Shown here: positions 26,366-41,273 of the stretch, piece by piece | Position numbering within the stretch: the first letter of the stretch is position 1 | How the letters are laid out: the number at the start of each line of letters is the position of its first letter | NCBI GenBank assembly: GCA_973895155.1 | Contig: OZ316891.1 | Coordinates: 3,609,801 to 3,673,800 of the forward strand | Length of the DNA: 64,000 nucleotides | Source: Marsupella aquatica | Lineage: Eukaryota > Plantae > Marchantiophyta | Direction of reading: 5' to 3' | Notes under the pieces: model-generated | What the model was told of the DNA's origin: nothing | Database searches by the model: none | Seen by the model: the letters and a program-made list of their open reading frames with translations, nothing else | Program-made: the position numbers and the translations under genes

Positions 26366-28479
26366 CCCTCCAATGGGATTTGTTCCAGATCTACTAGACT
26401 TTTCAGTTTGTTGCTTAGTAGGCATTAGTTCTTTTGCTGTTGTTCTGGACTCTTAGGCATCTTGGCTGTAACTTTGATGTTCTTGGGTTTTTCCCTTGCT
26501 CCCCCTTCCCTTTATTAAGGGCCACTTTACAAGACGGGCACTACAATTTAGTCCCTCTTTTTTCTGGTATTAAGATTGTGTCTGCCTGTATGTTACAGTG
26601 TTATAAATGTATGCAACTTTCACATCATATTTTGTTTACTTATTTGACTTCTTATAGCTTTTTTCTTTTCTTAACATATTCTGAAAGAAAATATAGTGTA
26701 TGAGATGTATTGTATTGAAATTTGTGTGAGCTCCCACATTACAAACCATACAGTAGGGGTACTCTCTTGAGGAAACCCCATTTTGGACACCTTCTGGGTA
26801 ACAACTTGCTGACTCGCTGAGGCCTACAAATGCACTAGAAATCCAACATCCGAAGCTAGTGACCTTGCTCACCAAGACTTACCCACAACTCTGTAAATTT
26901 GCAATGAATCTGGGGACAGCTGGAACACGAGAGCAATCAGATTGATCTTGGCAGCAATACCCTTCCTCCCAGGCAAAACTTTATATTTGTTGCATCACTA
27001 GGCTACTTTGGTAACTAGTTTTCATTGAGGAAGTGTGTGCTTAGACTTGGCCATTTTACTGGGTCTCATTTGCATGTTTTCCATAACATAATAAGGTCCA
27101 CTACCCACAATCTGACGATTCTCCTTAAACATAGGGAGATCTTCTGGTCAATAATCACATACTAAATTCACAGAATGAATATTCTTAGGATATTCCTTGT
27201 CACACAAGGTACCATTGGTCTCACAGGTCTATAAGTGCATACCTAGGAGAGTGGGCACTTATCAACACAATTTACTGTAATGGGCTCCCTAATCAATGAC
27301 CAAGATGTACCGTATCATTTCCACGAGGCAAACACGTTAACTAAGCCTCTCAATAACCTGACATTCGCAATTAATTAAGTATTAGTTACGCGCCCCAAAC
27401 CCACTCCTGTACGAACTCGTCCAGTCACAATTAATAAACACCGATAAACCTCGATTTTCACGGCCACACGCGCTGTCCTGCTGGAATAATCAAATATTTT
27501 ACCTTACCCATTTCATCCCTCGCTGTCCTAATGAATGAAGAGGGATACTGGGATTAGGCTGTTATTAATTAGGATCCAAGCGAATCGTTTGACCATAGTC
27601 AGACCTCGTTGTGATTGGCCCTGATTGCAGATTCCCGGTTTATGACAGTGTTACTCAACTGTGAGTATAGCTCTAATTAATAGATACTATGATTTGATTT
27701 ATTAGAGGCACTCACTGATTGTTGAGTATTTGGTCTCGTCATATTGGGATTTACATGAGAAACAGCCAGTCAGCCAGAGCCGAGAAATACAGTCCTCTAG
27801 TTTGGTTGTTGGAGGCGTTAGAGTACAATGGCTAAGAGCATCTCACCTGTGTTTTTTCTCACCCACTAAACCGCCAAATAAGCACTAAACCGACAAATGA
27901 ACCGGATGGATCCAAAATTTTGATTATTGCCTTTTACACCAGTAACTTGTATACCAAAATCCAAACTGCCGCTAGCAAGATCATGAAACCAGCCCACTGT
28001 TTACAACTTCATTCTCATCAATGACAAAAACGACACCGAAATTCATTTGTGTAGTGTACTTGAAGGTACTTACCCCATTTTGCCAAATTTGGGTGTTGTG
28101 TTTATTTGATAGACACATCACCATCTCAATGCGAGCAAATTTCCTATTGTTTGGTGAGCATCAGCCACCACACTGTTGGGGATGATCTATACTTGTTGCT
28201 TTGCTTCTTTTCTTTTTTTCCCTTTGATCCTTGCTTGTATATGTACAAAGGACACTCATAGGGTATTTGTTACTCTATCTCATAGAATACCTTAGTTCCA
28301 CAGCAAGCAAAAACAGAAAATGCCCAAACCCAGGCGCCTAGTCAAGCTGGAAGGTACTGGGACAAAGGCCAAGGTAGCACCAACCCAGACCCAAAAAGGA
28401 AAATTGAAAAGACGCAGGTCAGAAATCCCAGTAACAAACCCATGAATAAATTTCTTCAAGTACCCCTTGGGTATGTAAG

Positions 28480-28860
28480 GTTGATGCTATTCCACAACTT
28501 GGAGCCATGAAGAATAAGTTGCATATTGGAAAAGGTTTGAATATGGAGAAGAGTGGACAAAGATTAAATGAAAATTTGTTAATGAAGGGTCCATGCAAAT
28601 AGTGCTCTTAGTTGGTACTCCTATGTCCATACATTCCATGTAACATTCTATATGGTTTATCCAAAATGTTACAGGAGCTGGAATGTTTCTTATGTTCTCT
28701 TGGTATTCCTCTGTCCATACAGTCCACACAAAATGTTACAACAATAGAAGGGTTCTTTGTAGCTCTTTCAAACATTCATCATTCAAATCAAACAGAATTT
28801 TCAAACACTCCTGAAAACACTCATATTGAAATCTCTCTTCCAGTTCAAATGGCTTAGATG
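28480..28860 (-). mobile_element. Decayed L1 ORF2 C-terminal fragment
   Basis: Trp/Cys-rich traces (TFCVDC, VTFWINHIEC..) typical of the L1 zf-RVT/3' end. Confidence 0.35.
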
Positions 28861-29049
28861 GGGTTCATTGACATCTGTTCTGGCATTTGTATCAGTCTCA
28901 TGTGTGTCATGTGGGACAGGAAGTTGCACATCCCATCGTCCCATAAGGAATCATTTGCAGTGTATCCTATGTTCTAATCAGTGAAGCCTCTAGTTGTAAG
29001 TTGAGGAGTACCTGAATTCTTCTGTTTGATACCTTAACAATCCAGTATG

Positions 29050-29850
29050 CCATGCTACTTGCTCAAAATCACTGTTTAGAAATGGAGAGGGCTAGGGGTA
29101 GGGAGCCCTCTCAGTGTAATTGTCACTTTCACACTGCTGCTGGGAAAATTCCCACCCACCTCTCTGTTGACTAGCCCATTCTTCTCTTGGAGCGACAATT
29201 GCCTTTCACTGACAATGAGATGGTTAAATTTTTCTGGCTAGCAGATCCGCATGGTGGCGGGCCTAGCCAACAATGATCAGAGCTGGAAAATCACTGATCA
29301 GGTTCAGCGGATTTTCAGATTGATCATGACTAGAACATTGCAACTGCTACCCCAACATCATCAATTGACTAAACATGCCCTGAAACATTCCCACTTGGAA
29401 GTGGCCAAAGTGAGAGAAGAAAGGGTGAATACCTTCCTACCAAAGCATGGGCCACGATGTTGAAGCAGCATACCACTTCCACCACAAAAGTAAATCTAAG
29501 GTGGGTCTCTCTAGGCTCCCAAGAGATCTGGAGGAGTCGGTGGCCATTCATCTAGAAAAAGGTTGGTCCTCTCCAAGTGTTAAGCTTCACTTCTGGAAGG
29601 TACACCATGATTGTTGGATTCTTCCCCAATTCAGGTGCTCTTAAGTGGGAATTGAGTGATGGAATGTGTACTGCTTGTCAAGAAAACAAGGAAACAATTG
29701 AACACATGTTTTACCACTCCTTGGGGCTCAGACCATGTTGGACGCCACTTGAACATTTTTTGTAGTGGGGACCAATGTGAACCATAGTGTAACCTTGGCT
29801 TTCTCCTTCTCATTGATTAGATCATTAGCAGCACCTGGATTGACAGAAGA
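29050..29850 (+). mobile_element. Decayed L1 ORF2 zf-RVT fragment
   Basis: SVKLHFWK then GFF..ALKWELSDGMCTACQENKETIEHMF, the C-x2-C-x4-E-x3-H-xF zf-RVT signature. Confidence 0.7.
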
Positions 29851-30593
29851 CAACACATGTTTCAGGCGATTGCTACATAATTCCCAATGCAGCTTGTTCC
29901 AGGTCTTCAAATGCTCCCAAGCATGCTAGTCTTCAATATAGTAGAAGCTTGAGCACGATGCTTACTGAAATTGTTCTGACAGTGGTAGCATAAGGGATAT
30001 TTGCCTCTAGTTCTAGACAATCTAGGCATCATCTTCACTCTAGGAAGGCGATTAGACATGATGTTTGTGTTGCTATGGAGGACTATTCGAAACATGGCAG
30101 GACTCAAACTAGGGGCATGAATAACCTCACCAAAAGTGATCCAAATGTATCTGGGTATCATGGACTTCCTTGTGCTAGTACTCACTAGATTTGGGAGGAT
30201 GGGACCATTTGCCCCATCTACAAGATTAGTAATTAGACTAATGACAATCATGTGGCCCACGGCTGGTTAGCGGTGTTCCTGGGGTCCGTTGGTGGTAGGT
30301 GGCACTCTGGGGGTTGGTTGTTGAGTGCTCTAGACTCTTGGATGTATTTCACTTGCCCCACTGGTCTTTGCCGCAGTGGTTTTCTGAATACATTGGGTAA
30401 GTTCTTCTTAAAATTCATTGTAAAATTAAGTAACATCAACCCTGTTAAAATTTGCAAACACAATTAAAAACAGGCAAATTTCAACAGTTTCCAATTTGAA
30501 ACTAAGAGTTCTGATTAGTTTGCCTATCAACTACTCAGTGCCTAAGTGCGTTGTCAAGTACTCATGACATGGGAAGTTCTTATTATGATTAGT

Positions 30594-30627
30594 AAGATAA
30601 GATAAGATAAGATAAGATAAGATAAGA
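30594..30627. repeat. (AAGAT)n microsatellite
   Basis: aagataagataagataagataagataagataaga. Confidence 0.95.
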
Positions 30628-32710
30628 CAGGTAGTAAGGGTCTGGGAGTTGTTTCCATTAATTACTTTGGTACTCCTGGACCCGCTCCTTGAACCTGTAG
30701 ATGCTTGTCTAGGACCAGTTTTCTCTCCTTTGCTCCCCAAAGCAAACAGACACATGGTAAGACAATGGCCTGCTTTTCAATTTCGTCATCCTACACTATT
30801 ATTTACAATCAAAGTATATGGTTTTTTGGACAGACACGTATAGCAGCCACAACAGATTCTGGTATAAAGATTAATCGTGAGCAGTGTTTGGGTTTGGCAT
30901 GTGGACTCTGGGTACAGGGGGCCTTTCATGTGCATAAGCACTCAAAATTAAGCTAGTAAATGAATTTAATGTCGAGGATTGAATGCAGTTAACACCTTCT
31001 CAGGCATCACGCGTTAGCTTTGCGAAAGAACGCAGTAGCTTGGGGAAGATATATAATGGATTGAATTCCTTTAATTGTAAGCTTGACCTCTCTGCAAAAG
31101 CTACAGTACTTAGATATGTGCTATGCATGAAATAACGTAGAAAACTATAGAAGGAAGCTAGAAAGTGTGCCAGCTACATGGGAATCAAATCAGATCAACT
31201 AAATAAGAGTGTGCATCAAAACAACAATTTTCATTTGATCCATGTGAAAGTAAGATTCCCTTCACATGGCCACTAGATTTGAGAGGTGTCTTAGGGCAGG
31301 GTCAGGTTGTCCACATACGCATTTATTTATTTATTCGCCTAGAGTAGATTGTATGGAAATTGATTGGAAAAGTAGGATTCTCTAAAGGCAAGGATAGGGA
31401 GATAGACCAGATTTCTTTTGGTTTGAGACCACCAATATCTAAGTCGCTTGTGGACCTCATATGAAACTGTTTTTTTTATGTTCCTCGTCTTACGATAACT
31501 TGACAATTTCGTTTGTCCCATGCTGTGTTATTCTGGAATGATATATCTTCCACGTTTTTATAACAAACCTGTTGCTAAAGGACAGTTCATATCATATGAT
31601 GACAAGGAACTGTAGACGTTATACTGTAGAATTTATATTATAATAGGTCTTATGGACATATATTTGTGTGCCAAGATTTCCAAAGCGTTGGACAATAAAA
31701 TATTATAGGAAGCATGTGCCTAAGGTGATGGCCCATGTGAGAAGGGCCAACCTAGATGTTTTGTTAGTATGCCCATGTGACCAAAGATTCTGGACAACAA
31801 TTTGCACAAATAGAATAAGCAACGAGCCGATTATTCTATCCTCTTGATGATATCTGCTTTTTAGATGTGATGAAAGGCCTAATTGAGTGTTGGAATGTAC
31901 AGTAGCACACCAATTCCAGTTACTTTCCTAGAAAATGGTGGTACAAGATTTCCTCTGTCACACTATATTGGTAAAGTTGCCAGATACTGGCATAATTGGT
32001 TGGCTTGATCATCCGTAGCCTAACAATTCATAGCCTAAACGGTCATGCCTATTATGTTAGTATCTTGTTATTTTTAGTGTGAAATTAGTGTTATTAACAA
32101 TAAGCAGGGAATAGGGTTTATGTTCATCCATGCTAGGGCCAACGATTACCATGCGGAACCTGGAACACCTATATCTTCTTTCCATTGGGCAAAAGAGGAT
32201 TTTAGGCCAACTTTTGGTATGAACTTAGGAAAAATGTGAAAATGCTCAGCTTCAAGAAAACTAAGAAATTGAGACTGCAATTATAGAACTGGACTTTCAG
32301 AAAAAACCATCAATCAAGTCTGCAGACGCTTTGCGTACTCAGAGAGCTTCACGGTTTTGATCAGGGTTTCCATGACAGCGCAGGTTTATCTAATCTGGAA
32401 GTTGTACAATTAGGGAAAACACAATTAGGGGAAAGTGGTCATTGAAATTGAACAAAATCAGGAGAGAAGTGTTTTCCCTGCAAGTGCCATAAGGACTTTA
32501 GACTTGGGAGCATTGGAAGCTCTTTTTTATGAAGGGGGGCAGGGCAGATGATTCATTCACGGAAGGGCCACTTTGTCTCCTGAAAATAGACTCCAGACAG
32601 GAAACCTTTTGAAATGAGCTTCAATAAATGCAAATCCTTGAAATCAAGCAGCCAAAGTTTGGAAATTTTTGGATCACCTTTGTAGGTGGTCTAAATTCTA
32701 GACACAAAAA

Positions 32711-32785
32711 ACATTCCACATCAACATTCACTTGGGCCCATTGCTTAAGCATTCCACATCAACATTCACTTGGGCCCATTGCTTG
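32711..32785. repeat. 39-bp tandem duplication
   Basis: cattccacatcaacattcacttgggcccattgctt x2. Confidence 0.9.
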
Positions 32786-35700
32786 CCATGTAAGATTGGT
32801 AGACACCACAACTTGAATGTGCACACAAGTTCTTGTAAAACCAACTGCCACCCTTTCCATTCTTTACACAAGCCAGATTTAATCTCCAAGGTGACAAACA
32901 GAAGACAATTGCCCCCAATGCCTTGTAAAGGCACCCTTCAAGTAATCAATCATGTAACCCTGTTTCATTTCTCCACAATTGTAGTTGGATAATATTGTAT
33001 GTGACCGGTTCGAGTGAACCTCTCCCCCAATTACTCACTCTAGGATGGGTCAGATTGCTGCAAAACGATATTAGTTAGTTTCTTCATGTTCTTTGCACAT
33101 AAAATCAATGAAAGTAAGGAAAGAGCTCTGCAGTGCACGTTCAGACTGAAGTCAGTGTTTATACCAAGATGAACAAAATTCGTCTAAATTTCACAACGAC
33201 CCCAAAACATATATTGTCAGGCAATTAGTTTTGCAGTGAAACCCAGATGGTACTAAGGTAGAGGTGTAAGAACTTCAAGGGCATGTCCGATTCCTTAGAG
33301 TAGCAGTAGCGAGCTTCTCATAGGTGTGCCATGTAGTAGGATTGCAATTAAGGTGGGGCAAGAGATGAGGGCACCATGATGACCTCAATAGAGCCGGGGA
33401 AACAGGGACGAGCAATCCAATGGGAGGGCACCAATCTGGCTGTAGGAAGTTGTGATGCAAACATTACACCATCTTGTCCCTTTTTGTTCCATTCACAAAC
33501 GGATGGACATGGCCTTGTCTTTTCCTGCTTTACTGCTGATTTCCTTATAAGAGAATACTGGACTGACGTCCAGATCTATCAGTTTACACTTGTGCTGTCC
33601 CTGTTTGTGCAAAAGTTATATAGTTATGAAAATTCTGGACCTGACTGACAACAGCGTTTAGAGTGCTTGTGAAACCTGAAAATAATTTGTTTTAGAAATC
33701 TTCCAAATATCTTAAATAATTATCTTCTTTTCCAGGGCCATTGTTTAAACTTCTTGCCCTTGAAATGAGAACTTTGCTCAGCAACAGGGTATAATATTAG
33801 ATCCCCAAAGCGCACATTGTTTATAGTTTCTTAGACTAGTCCCAAAATGATTGTGAATGTGAGAACTGGATATTTTACGGAGAATATAAGACATCCAAGG
33901 GGGGCAGGGCAGATGATTCATTCACGGAAGCATCTTGTAGCCGCAGTCAAAGAGCTCCATTAAACGCTATGGGTGTGACAAGCAATCAATTGTGACGTCC
34001 CAATTTGTTTCACCGCCACCCTACTGAGTCCCTCCAAAGTGAAGTGGACACGACATGTAAACTATACTATATTGTGGCTGCAAACTTACAAGAAAAGCAC
34101 CCTACTTGGATATTTGGGATTTTTTTATAGTTACTTAGGGGGCTGGGGTGTTCTTTCCCCTTATACTGCCCTCCTGGATGAGTGGGGGACAAGTCTTGGT
34201 GTTGGTTGGTTTGCGTGTGGCCTCTGATTATTGGCTGAAGTTGTTCAGTTTTTGTGATGGCGGCCCAAACAATAGCCCGGGATTTTATTTTTGGATAATA
34301 TTGTATGATGTATTGTAAAACCAGGAATGCAGAATGTTGAGCCTATTGTGACCACAAACCTTTGGGGACGCGCCTGGTTTACTGTAGTCGGGATGGAAGT
34401 TTATCTTGCCTGATGAGAACTCACGGGTGTCCTTTCCCCTTGTGCTGCCCTCCTAAATGAGTGGGGGACAAGTCTGGGTGTTGGTTTGCAGTTTGTGGCT
34501 TTGGCTTGTGTGCGTTTGGCCTTTTGTTGTCTATTGGAGTTAAGATTAGAGTTGAGATGTCCAGAGGCATGATTTTGTGGCAGCCCACTTGAGTAGAGAC
34601 TGATAGATCTTGGGTTCAACTATTGTGACTGACTGACTCTTCCCTTTTTGTGGGGTTTCACAGATTTCCCCTTTAAATTAAAAAATTAAAAATAAAAGAT
34701 TAGAGTTGAGATCCCCCCTTGGAATATTAGGGGCATGGATTTGGGCTAGTGCACTTCAAGGTGGGGGATATGGGTGTCCTTCCATTCCTTGCCCCCTATT
34801 CCAATAGCACAAGTATTGTGCATGTGCATAAGAAGGGCTTCACAGACTCCCCCCCAGAATGCCCTACAACTTTGTTTTGTGACACATATTACTAGTAAAT
34901 TGTGATCAAAGCCTACTCTTTAAGGCTACTAGGGTCCAAAGTGAAGACTCTAGATCATGACTCTCCGGGTGCAGCAAAACATTAAGGTTGGGGTGGAGAA
35001 TGACAAGAGGTGGTAGAGTCAGTATGTACACTGACTGAAGATTGAATGCAAGTATCTGAACTAGAAGTATCTGAACTAGATGAATTGAATGCAAGTAGCT
35101 CAATAGGTAACAGGCCTGTATTTACATTCAAACTAGGACATCCAGGAATAGTTGGTGCTAGAGAGCTGATGATGGAACTGCATGATGGAGCTGGCTACCT
35201 GGGGAAGGCATGCAAGATGCACTTTTATGTACTCATCTCTAGTCCCCTTCAAAGAAAAGAATGGGTATTCAGGCTACTCTCATGAGGGGTAGACTTTGAT
35301 CACAATTAAAGTGTACATTATTGTGCAAACCTAGTAAAGGGATGTCCATAGTGGTGCGGGAGACAACCGTAGCCAGTGCACACCGTACGGCAGAAAATAT
35401 CGTACAAATACAGTACATGGAATGTTTGGGATGCGATTTATACGTATTTATCCTGGATACGTCTTTCGTAGCTCCAAGTAATGTGTGACTGGTATGTACA
35501 AATGGGAATGATGGATAGTGAAGTTGTCATGTGTCATGAGAGCGACCAAACATCACATGCAACCCATGCTCCCATCCATCCCATCTCAGTTACCATTGAT
35601 ACGTGTCAGTTTCTAAGTATGCATGTCTTCCCTCCTCCATGTATGCATGGATGAGTGACATTGGATGTGAGTTGGAACAAACAAGCAATTCCCATAACCC

Positions 35701-38135
35701 CGTACAGATGGAGTTAACACAGGGAATGCTGTACAATAGCATATTTTGTTTGTCTTCTCCTTTATCTCGGGGCACAGTGTGGGCAATTAATCTTAATAAA
35801 ATTATTTGACCAACAAAAATTTTGAGGAAAGATCGTGACCCTCAAATTATGCTCCCGTGACCAGTTCATTTAGTTTGGAGCCATCGATTTAAATCTGGGT
35901 AATTACATATCAAAATAATGTAGCTCCATAATGAAGCCCCATACATAGAAAGAACAACAATCATTGATATAACCAAATAATGAGGTTTATTGTGGTAGAG
36001 AAAATACATTCAACGACTTCTCACATACTAATGTGCACCGTATGTTTCTCATTTTGATGTGCAATTAACGTCATGGATTGATTTCATGTACTGGGTTATT
36101 TTATACAGCCTAATTACCATTTTATTATAAAAACGTCAACTGAAGCCTACTCTTAAGGGCACATATATAGAGTGAAAACTCTAAATGAGAATTCCAAATA
36201 CAGACAAAATTGATAATGAGATTGAATAAATCAAAATTTTATAATGAAGATGGACAAAAGAGACATTAACTTTAAATAAAGGTAAAACTGAAATGCTTAT
36301 GGACAAAAAACATGGATGGAGCAAAGACTAGCCAAAATAACATATAAATTTTAGTGTGCAATTTTTTTTTCATATCTATTTACATTCTAGTAATGAGTCA
36401 CGGGGCTAGTTGAGTATTCACAGCAAGGCTTCCCTCTCCAAAAGTCCTATGTCAGTCCGTTCTCACAGACATAGTTTAAATATGAAAAATAAAATTGCCT
36501 GATAAACTTTGATTACAATTATACTATACATGACTCTCAAAATGGTGGCCACTATTGTTGAGAGTCACTAATTCCTAATGTGATTCATCAGTATCAGAGT
36601 GTTGTAATTATTATCTGTATGGTTTTCTTCATCTAGTTCATACTGTATGTACACCATGATGATGTACTTCAGAGTACACACTATGATATGGCATGGGATA
36701 GTATGGTGGCGTTTCCCCATGGAAATATGGCATATTGTAGCTGTGTACCATCCCAACCCCTAAACCGTCCAAACCAGACACAATTTATTGTATGGCTTCA
36801 TAGCAGGTTCACTGAAAACAGTCAATTATTGAACATTCCAGTCCTTTGGACAAAGCTTTAGGTAGTTTATGAAACTTAGGAAAAATTGATAATACCTAAT
36901 TCATGAATATGTTAGTACTTTGATGGAAAGCACTGATTTACTGGTGTATCCATTGCTTTTAAGGTAAAACTATGAAATCTAGAGAAACAATTATGGCCAT
37001 ACTTTATAAATTTGAAGGGAAAAAAGTTAACTCTTTCCGCAGGGAATACACAAACCTGATTATCTTTACAGTAGAAGGGCAATGGTACGCAATAATGTGT
37101 TTCTTTAACCAGGTGGGCAGGAGCTGAGTCTACAAGTGCAGCTTAATGGACTTTGGTAAGGCGCCCATCAAATCATTGCAGAAGATATTGGAAAAGTTTC
37201 CAGATGAGCATATTTTCTAGAAAATAACTACAGTCAGATTTCCCTATGTTTTCCAGGGAGCTATTGAAGGAAAGATAGTGGCTAGTTGGAAATGTTATCA
37301 TAGCTAATTTTAGCCAATTTTGGCAACAAAAAAAGAAGACTGATGTGGAGGTAGAAATTGGCTACATTTTCTTCCTAGAAAGATGCTGACGCTAAAGCAA
37401 GCAAGTCCTCGTGATAGTGGAAAGTCTAGTAGCAACCAGTTAGTTGTCTTGGCAAGTTATGAGCCAGCCACATCCATATACCGGTGTGGTCAATAACAGA
37501 TACAACTGCAACTATCTATCGCCCCAGTTATCCACATAGGACATAGTGTTAGGAAGCATTCATAATTTAATAGCAAAAAATGCAAATGACTATAGCATGC
37601 TCATCCAGGAAACAAGGTTTTACTTGTAGTATAAAAATATAAAATTAGTATATCTCAATGAGATGCAATACATTAAAAATAATGTTTTCTTAGAATTGCT
37701 ATGATTAGGGTGGACATGATGTGCACAGTGGGGTACCAGGAGAGGTACAGTAGTTGGGAGAGGATGATAGGAGACATGATGCAAGGCATCCGTGAGACAA
37801 CGCTATGAGAGATTGCTACCGGATAAATGAATGGCAGTGTAGCATAATGGTAACACGTGTGTTTTCAGAGGAGGAGGTCTTTGGCTCAATCCTTGCAAGA
37901 CCATTACAGTTTTTCACATTCACCAAGTGGGACAACCTGAAAGCGCTGAAGGGTTCTCCTTGTGAGACAAACAAGTGAAATAAAAAATTGAAGGGGGTGT
38001 TACAAAGTGAGGAAAGAAATTTGAAACAAAACTAGAAGGGGTTATGGGTATTTCCAAATGGCCAAGAAGACAAAGACTGCAACGATAAGATAAGTTATAC
38101 ATTAAGTAATCACTACTGAAAATTACCATTGTCAA

Positions 38136-38137
<2 letters not shown>

Positions 38138-38175
<38 letters not shown>
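38138..38175. repeat. (GA)n microsatellite
   Basis: Pure GA run. Confidence 0.95.
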
Positions 38176-38176
<1 letters not shown>

Positions 38177-39169
38177 ACTAAGGTTTACAACTTTAAAGTA
38201 CATTGTTACTAAAAATGTTTAAATTTACAATACTACAACTGTTATTATGCATTTAAGAATTTGTCGTGACAAAAGAATCATGGTAATATTGTCAATTAGA
38301 ATATATTTAGCCAGAAAATACTTTAAAGTAGTGTGAAGATTTAACATAAGGAACGCCCCACTCCACCAAAACATGACAAGGGAATTATGGTTTACTTTGT
38401 TATTAAACTCTAAAGAAAAATACGAAAGGCAGCCCTTGGTTTGGTTCCCTGCTTTTATTCTTATTTTTATAATTCTAACTGGAGGGAAACCTAGGAGAAA
38501 TTAGCTTAATGGGACAGTGTATGACCCAATCCTGTTGATAAGGGGGGCACCTATGCGATACTTGTGAGGTTCTTGTCAGTACAAGCAATGCTTAAACCAG
38601 CAGCAAGTGACTTGGAAGAGGCAAGCCTTCTTCCGTCCCTCCCCAAAACATTTGAAGCCTGCTTGAACTTTGGTTGCCTCTACCGCATGATGTTTTCCTC
38701 TTTTGAGCCCGCACACATTTTTTTTCTTGCAGCAGCATTAGGGGAGAGTATGCAGTGTGCTGCCACCCTGCACTCCACAGGAGCCTCGCTACTGCTTGCA
38801 ACCCACCATGAAAGCATTGCAAAGGTTTGCCTCACTATTTGGTTTCTTTCGCTTGGGGACCCACAATGGGAAACCCAGCCTGAAAATCATACCCAGCAAA
38901 ACCAGGGTCACACATTTGGGTGAGGAAGTCCTTGTTGTTCTTCTTGCAAGACTTTATCCTTTCGTAGAAGTAAGAAGTGGCACGTGACATTGAAAACTAT
39001 TATAGAAAACCAGAAACAGGTAACACCTTTCTTTTTTCTAGGTTTCTGGGGCTGCCTTGTCGTTTGAGTTTGGTGTTTGTCTCATATGAATCTCTTTTGA
39101 TTTTCTCTTTGATTTTCTCTTCAGTCTAGTGTTTGTCCTATGTGGACCTCTTTTGGTTTTACTCATTTC

Positions 39170-39740
39170 CCAAAATTTATCGTTTTGTTTTACTTTAGCT
39201 ATCAGTAAAGCAATTACTCAGTTTGTACTTTGTTTGGCTCGGTTTGGGAAATTGGCCTTTTGCGTTCTTCGCGAATTTCTTCGTTTCAGCACTCAGTAAA
39301 ACAATTATTACTCGGCTGTACTTTGTAGGGCTTTTCTTCTTTCCGCATAGTTGCTTTCTTTTTAATTCGTTTTAGCTGTCAGTAAAGAAACTATTCTAGT
39401 GTACGTTGTTTGGCACTTTCCTTAGGGTTAGGTTTCCTTTTACTTATTTTGAACATTTATCTATTGTACTTTGTTTGGTACTTTTTAATAAATTGGTCCC
39501 ATTTTATTCTTTTCCTCACCGCTCTTCTTTTCACTTCGTCCCAATCGCTGGTAAGTTTTCACTCGGCTGTACTTTGTTTGGCCTTCGAGTAAATTGGTCT
39601 GGTTTCCCTTTCTTCAAAGTCATTATTCGGTTTAGATGTCAGTAAAAGAAATCTTGTATTGTACTTTGTTTGGCTTGGCTCAGTAAATTGGTCTTGTTTT
39701 CTTACGGTTGTTCTTCTCCTTACGTCGTTTTAGCTGAGGA
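39170..39740. repeat. Degenerate T-rich ~90-bp tandem array directly upstream of the TGA promoter
   Basis: tttagct(g/a)tcagtaaa...tgtactttgtttggc recurs about 6 times (~39194, 39290, 39372, 39465, 39567, 39632). Confidence 0.75.
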
Positions 39741-39759
39741 AAAAGTGACGTTTCAGACC

Positions 39760-41218
39760 AGGGAAAAATTAAACCGGGGAAAAGCAGCCGCGTGACCGGG
39801 ATTTCTGCCCGGAGTTTTGACCGGGCCCCGCCAGCTCTGAGCCTTTGACCGACTGCAGGGAGGGAGAGAAACAAACCAGAAGATAAAAAGACGGACCCGA
39901 AAGTAGAGGAAATTACTCACGAAGAAACACGCGAACTGGCGGATAAATCAACGGACCGACAGAGACCGCCAGGTCTCAAGCTTTGACTGACGACGAGAGG
40001 GGAGAAGCTGAGACTGATGGAAAGAGAGACGAACAGACAGATAGAGGGACGAGCTTTCGGAGGAAGGGACAGACTGGTGGATATTCGGTGAAACGGAGTA
40101 AAGGAGGGGCGACCGGATCGATGATCGGAGGGATGAGGGGAGGCGAGAGGAGAGAGGCGACTAGAGTAGTGGGGAACTGGGGAAGCGGTAAAACAGAGTG
40201 TAGAGTACAGGATTCGCTCACTCGTCTCATTAGAGAGGTCATCGCTCTCTGTATCATTCTGCACTAGTTCTTCTTCTCCTTTCTCCTTTCTCCTCCCTCG
40301 TCTTCGTCTCTTTCTGCTCTGCTCTGTGTTCGGTTCGGTTCAGCTGAGCTGAGCTGAGCTGAGCAAGCGCACGACACTTTACTAGTGTTGGGTTTGTTGG
40401 TGTTGTCGCGTCTGTCTGCCATCACCTCATCTCAATCTCACATCACCACACCTCATTCCCACCTCACTTCCCGAGTTTCGCACACCTCAGCATGGCTGTG
40501 CTGCAGCGACAGCAGGATCGCGTCGTCGCCTCGCCCCACCCCGTCGTCCCCTGATCTGCGCTGTGCTGTGCTGTGCTCTTCCCTGCTCTGTTCTGTTGTG
40601 CTGCTGCTGCTGCTGCTGCGCTAACTTCTGCGCTCTTTCCGAAGGCCTTTGCGGTGTGCGCGCATACACACTGTCTACTGGCTACTCCTTGGCTCGGCTC
40701 GGCTCTGCTCGCCTTGGCGTGGTGTGGCGTGGCCTGGCTTTCGTTGTGGATTGGATTGGGTTTCCACTTTCGACCTGGTTGGTCTGTTGATGGAGCTCTG
40801 CGGCATCTCAGCTCGCTCCCTCTAGCTCTCTACTAGGAGGGGCAGGAGCGGAAGATTTGTGAAAGCCCCAGTGCGGGTTGGGGGGGTGGGGTGGAGGGGA
40901 AGAGTCTAAGAGAGGGAGAAAGGACCACGAAATCCAGACAAGGACGGAGCTCGAGTGTTGGTCGGGCGATTTTGGAGGGTGGGGCTTCGGAGTAATCCTG
41001 GGAGGGAGAACAGAGAGGGGAGGAGAGAAAAGGGAGGAGGCCGAGTATTAGGGAGGTCTGTGCTCTCGTGTTGATTTTCAGGGAGGGAGAGGAGACAAGG
41101 GGGAGACAAGTGTCGGCTATAGCTCCCGCTGTAGGGCGAGAAGGTGACGATAAGCTTTGCGGGTGCAGAATGGAGAGTGAGATTGAGAGGGTGAAATAGC
41201 TCAAAAGCGTTGGTTTTG

Positions 41219-41273
<55 letters not shown>

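Noticed and set aside
29907-30260. 117-aa ORF as a host gene
   Set aside because: Lies among L1 fragments, non-ATG start; at best an L1 ORF1 remnant with too little support to call
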